Shown here in pieces: positions 7,950 through 16,622 of a stretch of DNA of 37,343 bases (the first letter of the stretch is position 1; every line of letters begins with the position of its first letter). The stretch is from the NCBI GenBank assembly GCA_018221085.1, contig JAAOXZ010000079.1:1-37343 (forward strand), given 5' to 3'. A model generated the notes under the pieces. The model made no database searches, had not been told where the DNA came from, and saw nothing but the letters and a program-made list of their open reading frames with translations. The position numbers were made by a program, and so were the translations under genes. Source of the DNA: Candidatus Woesearchaeota archaeon (lineage in GTDB: Archaea; Nanobdellota; Nanobdellia; Woesearchaeales; GW2011-AR9).

Positions 7950-9839
7950 ATGCCCGATATCTTAAAAGAAATTGTTAAAGTACTGCCCGGAGAAAAAATC
8001 TCTGAAGCGACCTTTGAAGCAGCTAATATAGTCCTTTATACTAAAGATAAAGACTTTTTTTTAGATAATCAAGGAAGCATCAGAAAAGCAGTTAGTGAAT
8101 TCAAAAAGAGAATTGAATTACGAGCCGATCCTTCCGTTTGTCTGGGGTTAGAAGAAGCAGAAAAAATCATTAAAGAAATTCTTCCCGTAGAATCAGAAAT
8201 CAAAGATATTATTTTTGATCCTCCACGTTCCGTAGTTATTATCCACGTAGAAAAACCAGGTTTAGCTATTGGAAAACGAGGCGATTTATTAAAACAAATC
8301 AAAGCTAAGACTTTTTGGGTTCCTTTTATCAAAAGAATGCCACCCATACAATCAGAAATCATTGAAGGTATTCGTTCAGTACTTTACCAAAATGCTGATT
8401 ATCGGAAAAAATTCCTTAATAAAACTGGTCATCGAATTTACGATGGTTGGTTGAGGGATAAAAAACACGAATGGATTAGAACTTCCTTCCTCGGGGCTGC
8501 TCGTCAAGTGGGTAGATCGTGTTTACTTTTACAAACCCCTGAATCTAGAGTCTTGCTTGACTGCGGTATTGATGTCAGTGAAGACAGTACTGAAAGTTAT
8601 CCTTATTTAGATGCTCCCGAATTTGATGTTAATGAATTGGACGCCGTCGTTATTAGTCATTCACATTTAGATCATTCTGGATTACTTCCTTATCTTTTTA
8701 AACTGGGCTATAAAGGACCGGTTTATTGTACTCTACCTACTAGAGACATTTCTTCTTTGTTACAACTAGATATGATTAAGATTCAACGTGGAGAGGGTAA
8801 AGAACCGATTTATACTAGCGAAGAAGTTAAAGCTACTGTATTGCATACCATCTGTTTAGATTACGAAGCTGTTACCGACATTACTCCAGACATTAGATTA
8901 ACTTTCTATAATGCCGGGCATATGTTGGGTAGTTCTATCTCTCACTTAAACATTGGTAATGGGTTGCATAACTTGGTTTACACTGGAGACATTAAATACA
9001 GTCGAACCAATTTGTTAGAGCCAGCCAACACCCAGTTTCCTCGAGTAGAAACTCTGATTATAGAAGCTACCTATGGTGGTAAAGATAATGTCATGGTGGA
9101 AACCGAAGCTGACCAATACATGGTTGATGTTATCAAAGATACTATTAAACGGAAAGGAAAAGTTCTGATGCCTGTTTTAGGTTCTGGAAGAGCTCAAGAA
9201 GTAATGATTATTATGGAAAGATTAATTAGAGAAAAACAAATTCCCGACATCCCAGTTTACATCGACGGTATGTTGTGGGACATCACTGCCATTCACACTG
9301 CCTATCCAGAATTTTTGAATCGTAATATCCGTCAACAAATATTTCATAAAGATAAGAATCCTTTTTTGTCACCGATTTTCAAAAGAGTCGGTTCACAGAA
9401 AGAAAGAAAGAAAATTATCTTAGAAGAAGGTTCTTGTTTAATCTTAGCCACTTCTGGAATGTTAACTGGTGGTCCTTCTGTAGAATATCTCAAAAATTTA
9501 GCAGAAGATAAAAGACACACTTTGATTTTTTCTTGTTATCAACCTCCAGGTTCATTGGGCCATCGTATTCGAGGTGGAGAAACCGAACTACCTTTCCGAG
9601 ATCAAGGTAAAACTCATATTCTTAACATCAAAATGGAAATACACAAAGTAGAAATTACTGGTCACTCAGATAGGAGACAATTAATGAATTATGTTAAAAG
9701 ATGTAATCCTTCTCCCAGAAAAGTGATTGTTAATCATGGTGAATCTTCTCGTTGTTTAGATTTAGCTAGTTCTATCCACAAACAGAACAGAATAGAAACT
9801 GTAGCACCTAAAAATCTAGAATGTGTGAGAATAAAGTAA
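7950..9839 (+). CDS. fttA: aCPSF1/FttA KH-domain beta-CASP ribonuclease (transcription termination factor)
   Basis: N-terminal KH domains, VGRSC, SHSHLDH, AGHMLGS, YTGD, GHSD and NHGE motifs; conserved adjacency to psmB. Confidence 0.96.
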   Translation: MPDILKEIVKVLPGEKISEATFEAANIVLYTKDKDFFLDNQGSIRKAVSEFKKRIELRADPSVCLGLEEAEKIIKEILPVESEIKDIIFDPPRSVVIIHVEKPGLAIGKRGDLLKQIKAKTFWVPFIKRMPPIQSEIIEGIRSVLYQNADYRKKFLNKTGHRIYDGWLRDKKHEWIRTSFLGAARQVGRSCLLLQTPESRVLLDCGIDVSEDSTESYPYLDAPEFDVNELDAVVISHSHLDHSGLLPYLFKLGYKGPVYCTLPTRDISSLLQLDMIKIQRGEGKEPIYTSEEVKATVLHTICLDYEAVTDITPDIRLTFYNAGHMLGSSISHLNIGNGLHNLVYTGDIKYSRTNLLEPANTQFPRVETLIIEATYGGKDNVMVETEADQYMVDVIKDTIKRKGKVLMPVLGSGRAQEVMIIMERLIREKQIPDIPVYIDGMLWDITAIHTAYPEFLNRNIRQQIFHKDKNPFLSPIFKRVGSQKERKKIILEEGSCLILATSGMLTGGPSVEYLKNLAEDKRHTLIFSCYQPPGSLGHRIRGGETELPFRDQGKTHILNIKMEIHKVEITGHSDRRQLMNYVKRCNPSPRKVIVNHGESSRCLDLASSIHKQNRIETVAPKNLECVRIK

Positions 9840-9848
9840 GGCTACTTT

Positions 9849-10251
9849 ATGATCAATTTAGATTGTGCTGGTTGTAAAAGAAATTGTTGTACTTTCGCCT
9901 TTAAGAAAATATTTGCCGCCTTAACTCCTCAAGAAGAGGTTGAATTTAAGGATTATTCTATTAAAATAAAAAATGAGGGCGGAGAAATTAGCGTCTTGAA
10001 AAAAGATTCTCAAGGAAATTGTGTTTTATGATGTCAAGGAAGAAAAATGTAAGATTTATTCCAAAAGACCCTTGGATTGTCGTACCTATCCTTTAATGAT
10101 GTGGTTTGACGATAAAATAATCTTTGGATTAGATGGGGATTGTCCCAAAATTAAAGAAATTACTCCGGAAGACATTGAAAAAACCAAACAAGAATGGTTG
10201 AATAGTAAACTACCTCTGTCTTGGATTAAAGCTTACACTGAATTAGAATAA
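9849..10251 (+). pseudogene. YkgJ-family (Zn/Fe-chelating cysteine cluster) protein, frameshifted near 10020-10030
   Basis: CxxC..CC in ORF 9849-10031 and C.IY..RP..CRTYP in ORF 10021-10251. Joining the frames restores GNCVFYD... Confidence 0.8.
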
Positions 10252-10262
10252 TTTAACTAAAA

Positions 10263-10271
10263 TTTTATAAA
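10263..10271 (+). promoter_or_regulatory. TATA box upstream of the nested tRNA-Ser locus
   Basis: TTTTATAAA ending about 28 nt before 10299. Confidence 0.7.
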
Positions 10272-10371
10272 GAATCTTTCTATTTTTATTAACATTATGC
10301 CATCGTCGCATAATCTGGTATTGCGCTGGTCTTGAATTTAAAACTAGTCAACCAGTTTCCTCTGGATACAG

Positions 10372-10538
10372 AGTGAAATCCAACCTTACTGCCGCGGTCG
10401 CATAATCTGGTATTGCGCTGGTCTTGAAACTTTAGCCTTTGGGTAAAGTCCCAAAAGCAAAGCTTTAGTGAACCAGTTTCCTCTGGATATCCCGGTTCAA
10501 ATCCGGGCCGCGGCGTCAAATAATAGTTGGATTTCACT
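10372..10538. repeat. perfect 13-bp inverted repeat flanking the inner tRNA-Ser
   Basis: AGTGAAATCCAAC (10372-10384) / GTTGGATTTCACT (10526-10538). Confidence 0.95.
10391..10515 (+). tRNA. tRNA-Ser(TGA) with a 42-nt intron (10429-10470) at position 37/38
   Basis: Acceptor GCCGCGG/CCGCGGC, anticodon stem CTGGT/ACCAG, long variable arm, T arm CCCGG-TTCAAAT-CCGGG, discriminator G; hairpin-forming intron. Confidence 0.95.
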
Positions 10539-10609
10539 AGTACCGGAGAATCTTTGATTCTCCTTGTATCCCGGTTCGATGGCGTCATAAATAAAAAAAA
10601 GGTGATAAA

Positions 10610-10810
10610 ATGTTTGAAGAAATTATTTGGTATTTGTTGGTTTTGGATTGTCTTATCTACGCTAGTCTAACTATTACTGCTAGTTGGCATAGTAAAACGG
10701 CACACCACTTTTGGAAAGGAGTTCCTTTACATTGGGGTATGGCCATTTGGTATGCTGTTTTGGTAGCGTGGGTAGGTTATGCTTTATTCAGGTTAGGAGT
10801 ACTATTCTGA
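10610..10810 (+). CDS. small two-TM membrane protein
   Basis: GGTGA RBS; two hydrophobic helices; Trp/His-rich loop. Confidence 0.8.
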   Translation: MFEEIIWYLLVLDCLIYASLTITASWHSKTAHHFWKGVPLHWGMAIWYAVLVAWVGYALFRLGVLF

Positions 10811-10845
10811 ATAACTTTATAAAACCCAAAATATTCCTTTAGTAC

Positions 10846-11565
10846 ATGATTAAAAAGAGGCACCACCCATTTAGATTTATTATTTTTTTATTAATTTTAA
10901 TTGCCATCTACTTTTTAGCTTCTGAAGTCCCATTAGTTAAACAGTATCTTTCTAATCCAGAATCACTCAAAGCCGTAATCCTTGGTTTTGGTATTCTCGC
11001 TCCGTTAGCCATCATTATCTTACAATTCTTCCAAACCACTATTTCCATCCTCCCTTCACAAATTACCACTATTGTCGCTGGTTTTGTTTTTGGACCTATT
11101 TTGGGATTAGCTTATTCCTTAATCGGAGCTTTTTTTGGTTCTATGTTTATATTTCTCATTGCTCGTAAATATGGTAAAAAATTAGCTTTGAAAATCTTTG
11201 AAAAAAAGAGTTTAGTTCATTTTAATGCCCTATTCAAGAGAAAAAAACGTTGGGCCGTTTTATTAACTAGGATGGCCCCTATTTTCCCTAATGATGTCGT
11301 TAGTTTTGGTGCCGGTCTCACAGATATCAAATTAAAATATTTTAATTTGTTTTCTACTATCGGTTTTATTATTCAAATGATCATCTTAACTTACTTTGGT
11401 GCCGAATTATCCACTGGCAAGATTAGTTTACCTTTAATCTTGGTCTCTTCTGCTGTAACTTTGCTTATTTTAATCGCTTTATTCGCTAAACCCATAAAAA
11501 GAATCATTATCAAAGACTTCCACAAGCTTGACAACACCATAGAAAAAGAATTTAAGAAGATTTGA
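10846..11565 (+). CDS. TVP38/TMEM64 (DedA/VTT-domain) membrane protein
   Basis: ILPSQ..TIVAGFVFG..LG..YSLIGA and RMAPIFPNDVVSFGAGL motifs. Confidence 0.92.
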   Translation: MIKKRHHPFRFIIFLLILIAIYFLASEVPLVKQYLSNPESLKAVILGFGILAPLAIIILQFFQTTISILPSQITTIVAGFVFGPILGLAYSLIGAFFGSMFIFLIARKYGKKLALKIFEKKSLVHFNALFKRKKRWAVLLTRMAPIFPNDVVSFGAGLTDIKLKYFNLFSTIGFIIQMIILTYFGAELSTGKISLPLILVSSAVTLLILIALFAKPIKRIIIKDFHKLDNTIEKEFKKI

Positions 11566-11609
11566 TTTTCTCCTAAACATTTATAAATATAATATCTAAA
11601 AATCCCTTC

Positions 11610-12596
11610 ATGGTAGAACTATATGAAGAGTGTCAACGGATAGAAGCCGAAGCGGATGCTGAAACCGAAATAGCAAGAGATGTTGTTAGGGCTCTTGGTG
11701 AGATAAAAGGACTTGATACAGATATTGCTCGTTTAGAAGACATCGCTGTACCAGACCTTCTTGTTGAAACTTCTGAAAGAATTCCACCAGAACCTTTAGA
11801 ACAAATTGCGTTAGACAGTTCTACAGAACAATACGAACAACAACTAGACTCTTATGCCGAATTAAAAACCCATTACCAAGCTTTGCTGTCAGAAGAAGCT
11901 AGATTATCTAAAAAATACCGTAAAGAAATCAGAAAAGCCCAAAAATATGCTGCTAAACAGGTTAAAAAAGATAAAAAACACTTACAAAAGTTACTTTATC
12001 AATTTGAACAAGAAGATATAGTTGAAGGGAAGGAAGGCATCCAAGTTAAATTAAATGCCCTTTTCCAAGCCGAACAAAGACATTTCCTTAACTACTTAAT
12101 TGACGAACATCCCAATAAGTATCAACAAGATTTCCGCGATTGTTACAACCCCTTACTTCCTTTTCTTCATTTTTCAACTGCAGGAACAGTTCACCAAAAG
12201 ATAATCTTAGATGAACTACAACTCGATCCTCAAGAAAGAAAAGTATTTGAACAATACCAATCAGAAAAGGATGACTTGGAATTAATTATTAATAAAAAGT
12301 TAGGGAAACATCCAAAAAGGACAGATTTAAATCTTGGAGGAGCTACCTTAATTATAAGTGCGTTTTCTTCACTGGGATTTATAGGAATCGCCGCATTAGT
12401 TCATGAGATTTTTGAAATTACGCCTCCAGAACTAGTAATTCCTTTGGTATTTGGACCAGCACTTATGACTACACTAGGGATAGTTTCTGGAATGTATTTC
12501 TCAACCCACCCACAATACAAAGCTAGAAAACAAGCTAAGCAAGATCTAAACAAATTAAAAGCAGAAACCATCAAAATCTTAGCAAAAACCAGATAG
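11610..12596 (+). CDS. hypothetical coiled-coil protein with two C-terminal TMs; shares an N-terminal module with 6166-6855
   Basis: TATA (TTTATAAAT) upstream; LYEECQRIEAEADA N-terminus. Confidence 0.8.
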   Translation: MVELYEECQRIEAEADAETEIARDVVRALGEIKGLDTDIARLEDIAVPDLLVETSERIPPEPLEQIALDSSTEQYEQQLDSYAELKTHYQALLSEEARLSKKYRKEIRKAQKYAAKQVKKDKKHLQKLLYQFEQEDIVEGKEGIQVKLNALFQAEQRHFLNYLIDEHPNKYQQDFRDCYNPLLPFLHFSTAGTVHQKIILDELQLDPQERKVFEQYQSEKDDLELIINKKLGKHPKRTDLNLGGATLIISAFSSLGFIGIAALVHEIFEITPPELVIPLVFGPALMTTLGIVSGMYFSTHPQYKARKQAKQDLNKLKAETIKILAKTR

Positions 12597-12638
12597 TTTA
12601 ACAAAACTTTAATATAATTTGTCTTATTCCTTATTAAA

Positions 12639-13886
12639 ATGCAAGATATCCTAGCTAAAGTTTTGAAGAAAATTAAGCCTACAGCAGCTGAAACTAAGAA
12701 ATTTCAAAGCACTACTAACCAATTCATTAAAAAGCTTAATACTCAGCTTAAAAAAATCCAAGCTAAAGCTATTTTAGGTGGTTCTGGAGAAAAAGATACT
12801 TGGTTATCTGGCTCTCACGATATTGATATTTTTGTCCAATTTGATTATAAAAAATACAAAAACAGTGAAGATCTATCTAACCTCCTAGAAGAAGCCCTTA
12901 AGAAAGCAGTTCCTAAATTTACTCGATTACATGGTTCCAGAGATTACTTCCAAACTAAGCACCAAAATTTCCTTTTTGAAATTGTTCCCATTCTAAAGAT
13001 CACTAAATCTACTCAAGCAGTTAACATTACTGATATTTCTCCCTTACATGCTCAATGGGTTAAAAAATCACCCAAACTAGTTAGAGATCAAATCAGATTA
13101 GTTAAAAAATTTATCAGAGCTAACGATTGTTATGGTGCTGAATCTCATATTGCGGGGTTGAGTGGCTATGTTTTAGAGATTTTAACCATCCATTACGGTT
13201 CTTTTGAAAAACTGATTCGAGCCGCTGCTAAATGGGAACATAAAGATATTTTTGATGTTAAACAATATTACCAAAGACATCAAATTTTCAAAGATATTAA
13301 TCCATCTAAACTTCGTTCTCCCTTAATTGTTATTGATCCAGTGGATAAAACTAGAAACGCGGCCGCTGCCTTCGGTATGGAAAAATTCTTACTCATTAAA
13401 CAAAAAGCTCGAGATTTTCTTAAAGAACCTCATTTAAAATCTTTTGAACGAGAAAAAGTTGATTTTAAAAAATTAGAAAAACAAACTAAATACAATTTAG
13501 TTTATATCGAAATCAATCCTTTAACTGGTAAGGACGATGTAGTCGGTTCTAAGTTATTGAAATCTTTCTTATTATTAAAAAAGAAGTTAATTCCTTTCAA
13601 AATTAAAGAAGCTCAGTGGAAGTGGGATACCAAAGCCATCTTTTATTTTATTCTAGAAAAGAAACAAATTGACCAGTTCTATATTCAAATGGGGCCTCCT
13701 TTGAAGTTTACTGAACACGTAGAAACCTTTAAGAAAAAACACAAAAGTGCCTTCCAAGAAGGGAATAAAATTATGGCTAAGATTCCAGTAGACAATTACA
13801 AATTGGAAGAGTTTGTGAAAGAAGTTCTCCAAGACAAATATATCAAAGAAAGAATCAAGTCCGTAAAATCAATTAAGTTTGGTTGA
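12639..13886 (+). CDS. cca: archaeal (class I) CCA-adding enzyme
   Basis: GGSGEKDTWL..SHDIDIFV nucleotidyltransferase motif, CYGAE..GLSGY, VIDPVDKTRNAAAA and GPP. Confidence 0.95.
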   Translation: MQDILAKVLKKIKPTAAETKKFQSTTNQFIKKLNTQLKKIQAKAILGGSGEKDTWLSGSHDIDIFVQFDYKKYKNSEDLSNLLEEALKKAVPKFTRLHGSRDYFQTKHQNFLFEIVPILKITKSTQAVNITDISPLHAQWVKKSPKLVRDQIRLVKKFIRANDCYGAESHIAGLSGYVLEILTIHYGSFEKLIRAAAKWEHKDIFDVKQYYQRHQIFKDINPSKLRSPLIVIDPVDKTRNAAAAFGMEKFLLIKQKARDFLKEPHLKSFEREKVDFKKLEKQTKYNLVYIEINPLTGKDDVVGSKLLKSFLLLKKKLIPFKIKEAQWKWDTKAIFYFILEKKQIDQFYIQMGPPLKFTEHVETFKKKHKSAFQEGNKIMAKIPVDNYKLEEFVKEVLQDKYIKERIKSVKSIKFG

Positions 13887-13895
13887 GTAAATACT

Positions 13896-14498
13896 ATGGA
13901 CTATAAACAGAAAACTATTGAATCCTATAACCAAAACGCAAGGGAATTGTCTGAAAAATTCAAAGAATTAATGAATTTAAAAAGACGAGAATTTCAAAGA
14001 TTTATCGATTTGTTACAAGGTAAAAAAATTTTAGATTTGGGTTGTGGTTCTGGAGATCATTCTCTTTATTATAAAAATAAAGGATTAGATGTTACTTCTA
14101 TTGATTTATCCGAAGAAATGCTTGAATTATGTAAAGAGAAAGGGCTTAACACTTATCTAATGGATATTGAAAATTTAGAATTTAAAAGTGAATCTTTTGA
14201 TGGAATTTGGGCAGTGACTTCTTTGTTACATATTCCCAAATCAAGACTGACAGAAGTTATCAAAAATCTAAATCTACTCCTTAAAAGCGAAGGAATTCTT
14301 TATGTTTGTGTTAAAGAAGGGAAAGGAGAAAAATTAATTGCGGATCAATCTAAAAATACCCAAAGATTTTTTGCGTTTTGGGAAGAAGGAGAGTTAAAGA
14401 AACTGTTCGAAAAGTATTTTATTTTAATTGAAAATAAAAGAGTGCAGTTTAAAAACACTGTTTTTCTACAAGTATTTTTCAGAAAGAAATTATATTAA
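13896..14498 (+). CDS. class I SAM-dependent methyltransferase
   Basis: ILDLGCGSG, IDLSEEML and FDGIWA..SLLH motifs. Confidence 0.93.
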   Translation: MDYKQKTIESYNQNARELSEKFKELMNLKRREFQRFIDLLQGKKILDLGCGSGDHSLYYKNKGLDVTSIDLSEEMLELCKEKGLNTYLMDIENLEFKSESFDGIWAVTSLLHIPKSRLTEVIKNLNLLLKSEGILYVCVKEGKGEKLIADQSKNTQRFFAFWEEGELKKLFEKYFILIENKRVQFKNTVFLQVFFRKKLY

Positions 14499-14554
14499 TG
14501 TAAATTTCAATTTTAATAACTTTTATATACTTCTAGTTTTCTTTCAAGATTATC

Positions 14555-14953
14555 ATGGCAGAAACAATGAAAGATGCATGTACTCCAATCGAAACACAGA
14601 AATGGCATTGGTACAGTGTTCAAAAAGATTTAGTAGAACAAGGCGGATTAGAAAATGAAGATATTATGATCAATCCACTTTCAGTTAGTGGAGCAAATTG
14701 TGGTGGAGAATATAAGGGAATGAGGTTTATGATAACTTGGGAAAAAGATACGTTTCTTTTACTTTCTTCACAAGAATATATTCCCGAATTAGTTGATGCA
14801 TTTGCAAGTGTTGTAGGATACAAACCCTTTGCTAGATACAAAGAACCAAGCTATGGGTTGGTAACGGTTGAATGGGACAAGCAAGATTCAGAAAGAAAAT
14901 ATAAAGAATTAGAACAAGAAGGAAAACTAGAGTTAACAAAACTTCTTGAATAA
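14555..14953 (+). CDS. hypothetical protein
   Basis: 132-aa ORF with upstream TTTTATATA. Confidence 0.75.
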   Translation: MAETMKDACTPIETQKWHWYSVQKDLVEQGGLENEDIMINPLSVSGANCGGEYKGMRFMITWEKDTFLLLSSQEYIPELVDAFASVVGYKPFARYKEPSYGLVTVEWDKQDSERKYKELEQEGKLELTKLLE

Positions 14954-14969
14954 ATGGTCACTAATTACA

Positions 14970-15284
14970 ATGAAATTTAAAAGTTTTATGTTGGGTATTT
15001 GTTTTGGAGCTGCTACCATTGGCTTAGGACTAACTTATATTGGCGGTACTCTCGCCGAACCTAAACATTCCTATGCCGCTGGAGACCTAAATCAAGACGG
15101 AATTCCCGATATGGTTATTGAACAAGTCAGCGGATACAAAACACCGATGTATGGAGTTCCAGTAGGAAAAGGAATTCTTTACGTTACTGCTAGTGAAATT
15201 AAGAAACGGAGTACTAACTTTGAGCATCCCAAATTTGATTATCAAGGAATGGAAGAATTTCTAAACGAAGATATGTTATTTTAA
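14970..15284 (+). CDS. secreted or membrane-anchored protein with an FG-GAP/EF-hand-like Ca-binding motif
   Basis: N-terminal hydrophobic segment; GDLNQDGIPD. ATG at 14970 preferred to TTG at 14946. Confidence 0.75.
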   Translation: MKFKSFMLGICFGAATIGLGLTYIGGTLAEPKHSYAAGDLNQDGIPDMVIEQVSGYKTPMYGVPVGKGILYVTASEIKKRSTNFEHPKFDYQGMEEFLNEDMLF

Positions 15285-15285
15285 A

Positions 15286-15594
15286 ATGAGAAAAACTTTA
15301 ACTACTATTCTTGCTGGTGTAATGGCCTTAGGTCTAGCTGGTTGTGATAAAGAATTAGACTACGTACGAATTGATTGTAAAACAGACATCGATGCCATCC
15401 AAGTAGTTGATAATCATAAAAAAGCTGACTTTGATCTAAAAACCATTGAATTATATTCTAAAGGGAAACTAGTCGGAGAATTCAGTTTTATGCCTACTAC
15501 TACTGACGTCAAAAATATCTGGTACCGATGTGAAAACGGCCAAATAGTTAATATTGACAATCGTGGCAACATTTCTTACCGCAAGTCTAGATAA
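15286..15594 (+). CDS. putative lipoprotein
   Basis: Signal peptide ending in the lipobox LAGC. Confidence 0.75.
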   Translation: MRKTLTTILAGVMALGLAGCDKELDYVRIDCKTDIDAIQVVDNHKKADFDLKTIELYSKGKLVGEFSFMPTTTDVKNIWYRCENGQIVNIDNRGNISYRKSR

Positions 15595-15601
15595 AATTAA
15601 A

Positions 15602-15720
15602 TGTCCCCACGGGGAATTTCATGCCTAAGGTATGAACCTTTTAGCAAATTTGAACCCCGGTCTTAGGCTGTTTACACGAATACCGCAAGCCTATATGCTA
15701 TCCAACTACACTATGGGGAC
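15602..15720 (-). tRNA. tRNA-Arg(GCG) with two introns: 13 nt at 37/38 (15670-15682) and 33 nt in the T loop at 59/60 (15616-15648)
   Basis: Minus strand: acceptor GTCCCCA/TGGGGAC, anticodon stem TAGGC/GCCTA, T stem CGGGG/CCCCG. BHB central helices TTGC/GTAA and TTCA/TGAA. Splicing restores the T loop TTCAAAT. Confidence 0.9.
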
Positions 15721-15763
15721 AGTAAATTAAACATCCAAAAAGAAGTCGTCTTTAAAAAATTAT

Positions 15764-16531
15764 TTACTTTTTAATTGCTCCGCCACCAGCCGGCAAGAAC
15801 TTAACGATCTCGTCTAAGTCTCCACCTTTCAACTTAGCTTTGATTTTCTTAGCTAAGGCACTTTTCTTTTCTCTGCCACAAACTACTTTCACATATTTAT
15901 TAGTCTTAGTTTTAACTGCCGAAAGAGGACCACCAATTATTACGTCATCAACCAAACCAATACTAAATTCTAATCGTGGATTGAAATACTTTCGTTTACC
16001 ATGTATCATAAAACTACCTTTTGGTAAACCAAATTCTTTCTTCACTTGATTAGATTCAACACCATACACTTCTGCCGTTCCTAAACCTAATTTCCAAGCT
16101 CGGGAATAAGACGCTGTAGCTTGCGCCGCTTCTTTCAAAGTTTCTTCTCCTGCTTCTAAGCCATTCTTAACCACAAAGAAAGGCGAACCTGGCAAATCAG
16201 TATGGAATACTAAATCTCCTTTCTCGGCATGTTTCTTAACTATAATTTCGTTGGAAGTGGCATCTTTTCCTCCCACACATAAGAATCCTTCTGAACTAAT
16301 AAACCAATGGAATTTTTCATACCATTCTCTTTTTATCTCTTTTTTAACTTTTTTCTTCTCTTCCTCTTCTACAAACTTTTCTTCTTCCTTGCCTAATTTC
16401 TCTAATTTCTGCTTACTATCTTCTAAGGCCTTTAAGGCTCCTTTTAATTTCTTCTTGGCCTTTTTAGCTTTATCAAAATAAAGTCCCGCGTTCTCCTCTA
16501 CGGATTTATTCAACTCTAATTCTATTTCCAT
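15764..16531 (-). CDS. NFACT-R (DUF814) RNA-binding domain protein
   Basis: SVEENA..YF.KAKKAK, WYEKFHWF, GGKDATSNE, FHTDLPGSPF and LPKGSFMI.GKR motifs. ATG at 16531 is likelier than 16555 given the TATA position. Confidence 0.92.
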   Translation of the reverse strand: MEIELELNKSVEENAGLYFDKAKKAKKKLKGALKALEDSKQKLEKLGKEEEKFVEEEEKKKVKKEIKREWYEKFHWFISSEGFLCVGGKDATSNEIIVKKHAEKGDLVFHTDLPGSPFFVVKNGLEAGEETLKEAAQATASYSRAWKLGLGTAEVYGVESNQVKKEFGLPKGSFMIHGKRKYFNPRLEFSIGLVDDVIIGGPLSAVKTKTNKYVKVVCGREKKSALAKKIKAKLKGGDLDEIVKFLPAGGGAIKK

Positions 16532-16622
16532 ATGATTAAGAATTATTTCCTCCATTAAAAAGGTTTAGGTTAACCCGTAACCAAAACGTTACTTTTATAT
16601 ATTTTTTAAGTATTCTCTTCTT

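Larger units (their letters stand above)
10299..10584 (+). ncRNA. outer tRNA-Ser(TGA)-like RNA enclosing a complete tRNA-Ser gene
   Basis: Acceptor GCCATCG (10299-10305) / CGATGGC (10577-10583) plus discriminator G. D and anticodon arms identical to the inner tRNA. Own 13-nt intron at 10337-10349. The 3' strand of the T stem is missing. Confidence 0.65.

Noticed and set aside
10441..10452. GGGTAAAGTCC resembling the RNase P RNA conserved GAGGAAAGTCC
   Set aside because: Lies in the tRNA intron hairpin loop; the other RNase P conserved regions are absent
10299..10584. tmRNA interpretation of the outer tRNA-like RNA
   Set aside because: It keeps D and anticodon arms and lacks a T arm, the opposite of tmRNA; no Ala identity and no tag ORF
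10295..10588. 97-aa minus-strand ORF spanning the nested tRNA
   Set aside because: Antisense translation of tRNA sequence (TPRPGFEPG is the typical tRNA shadow); no protein features
6166..11662. Diversity-generating retroelement template/variable repeat pair
   Set aside because: Repeat is N-terminal with one synonymous difference; no reverse transcriptase in the window
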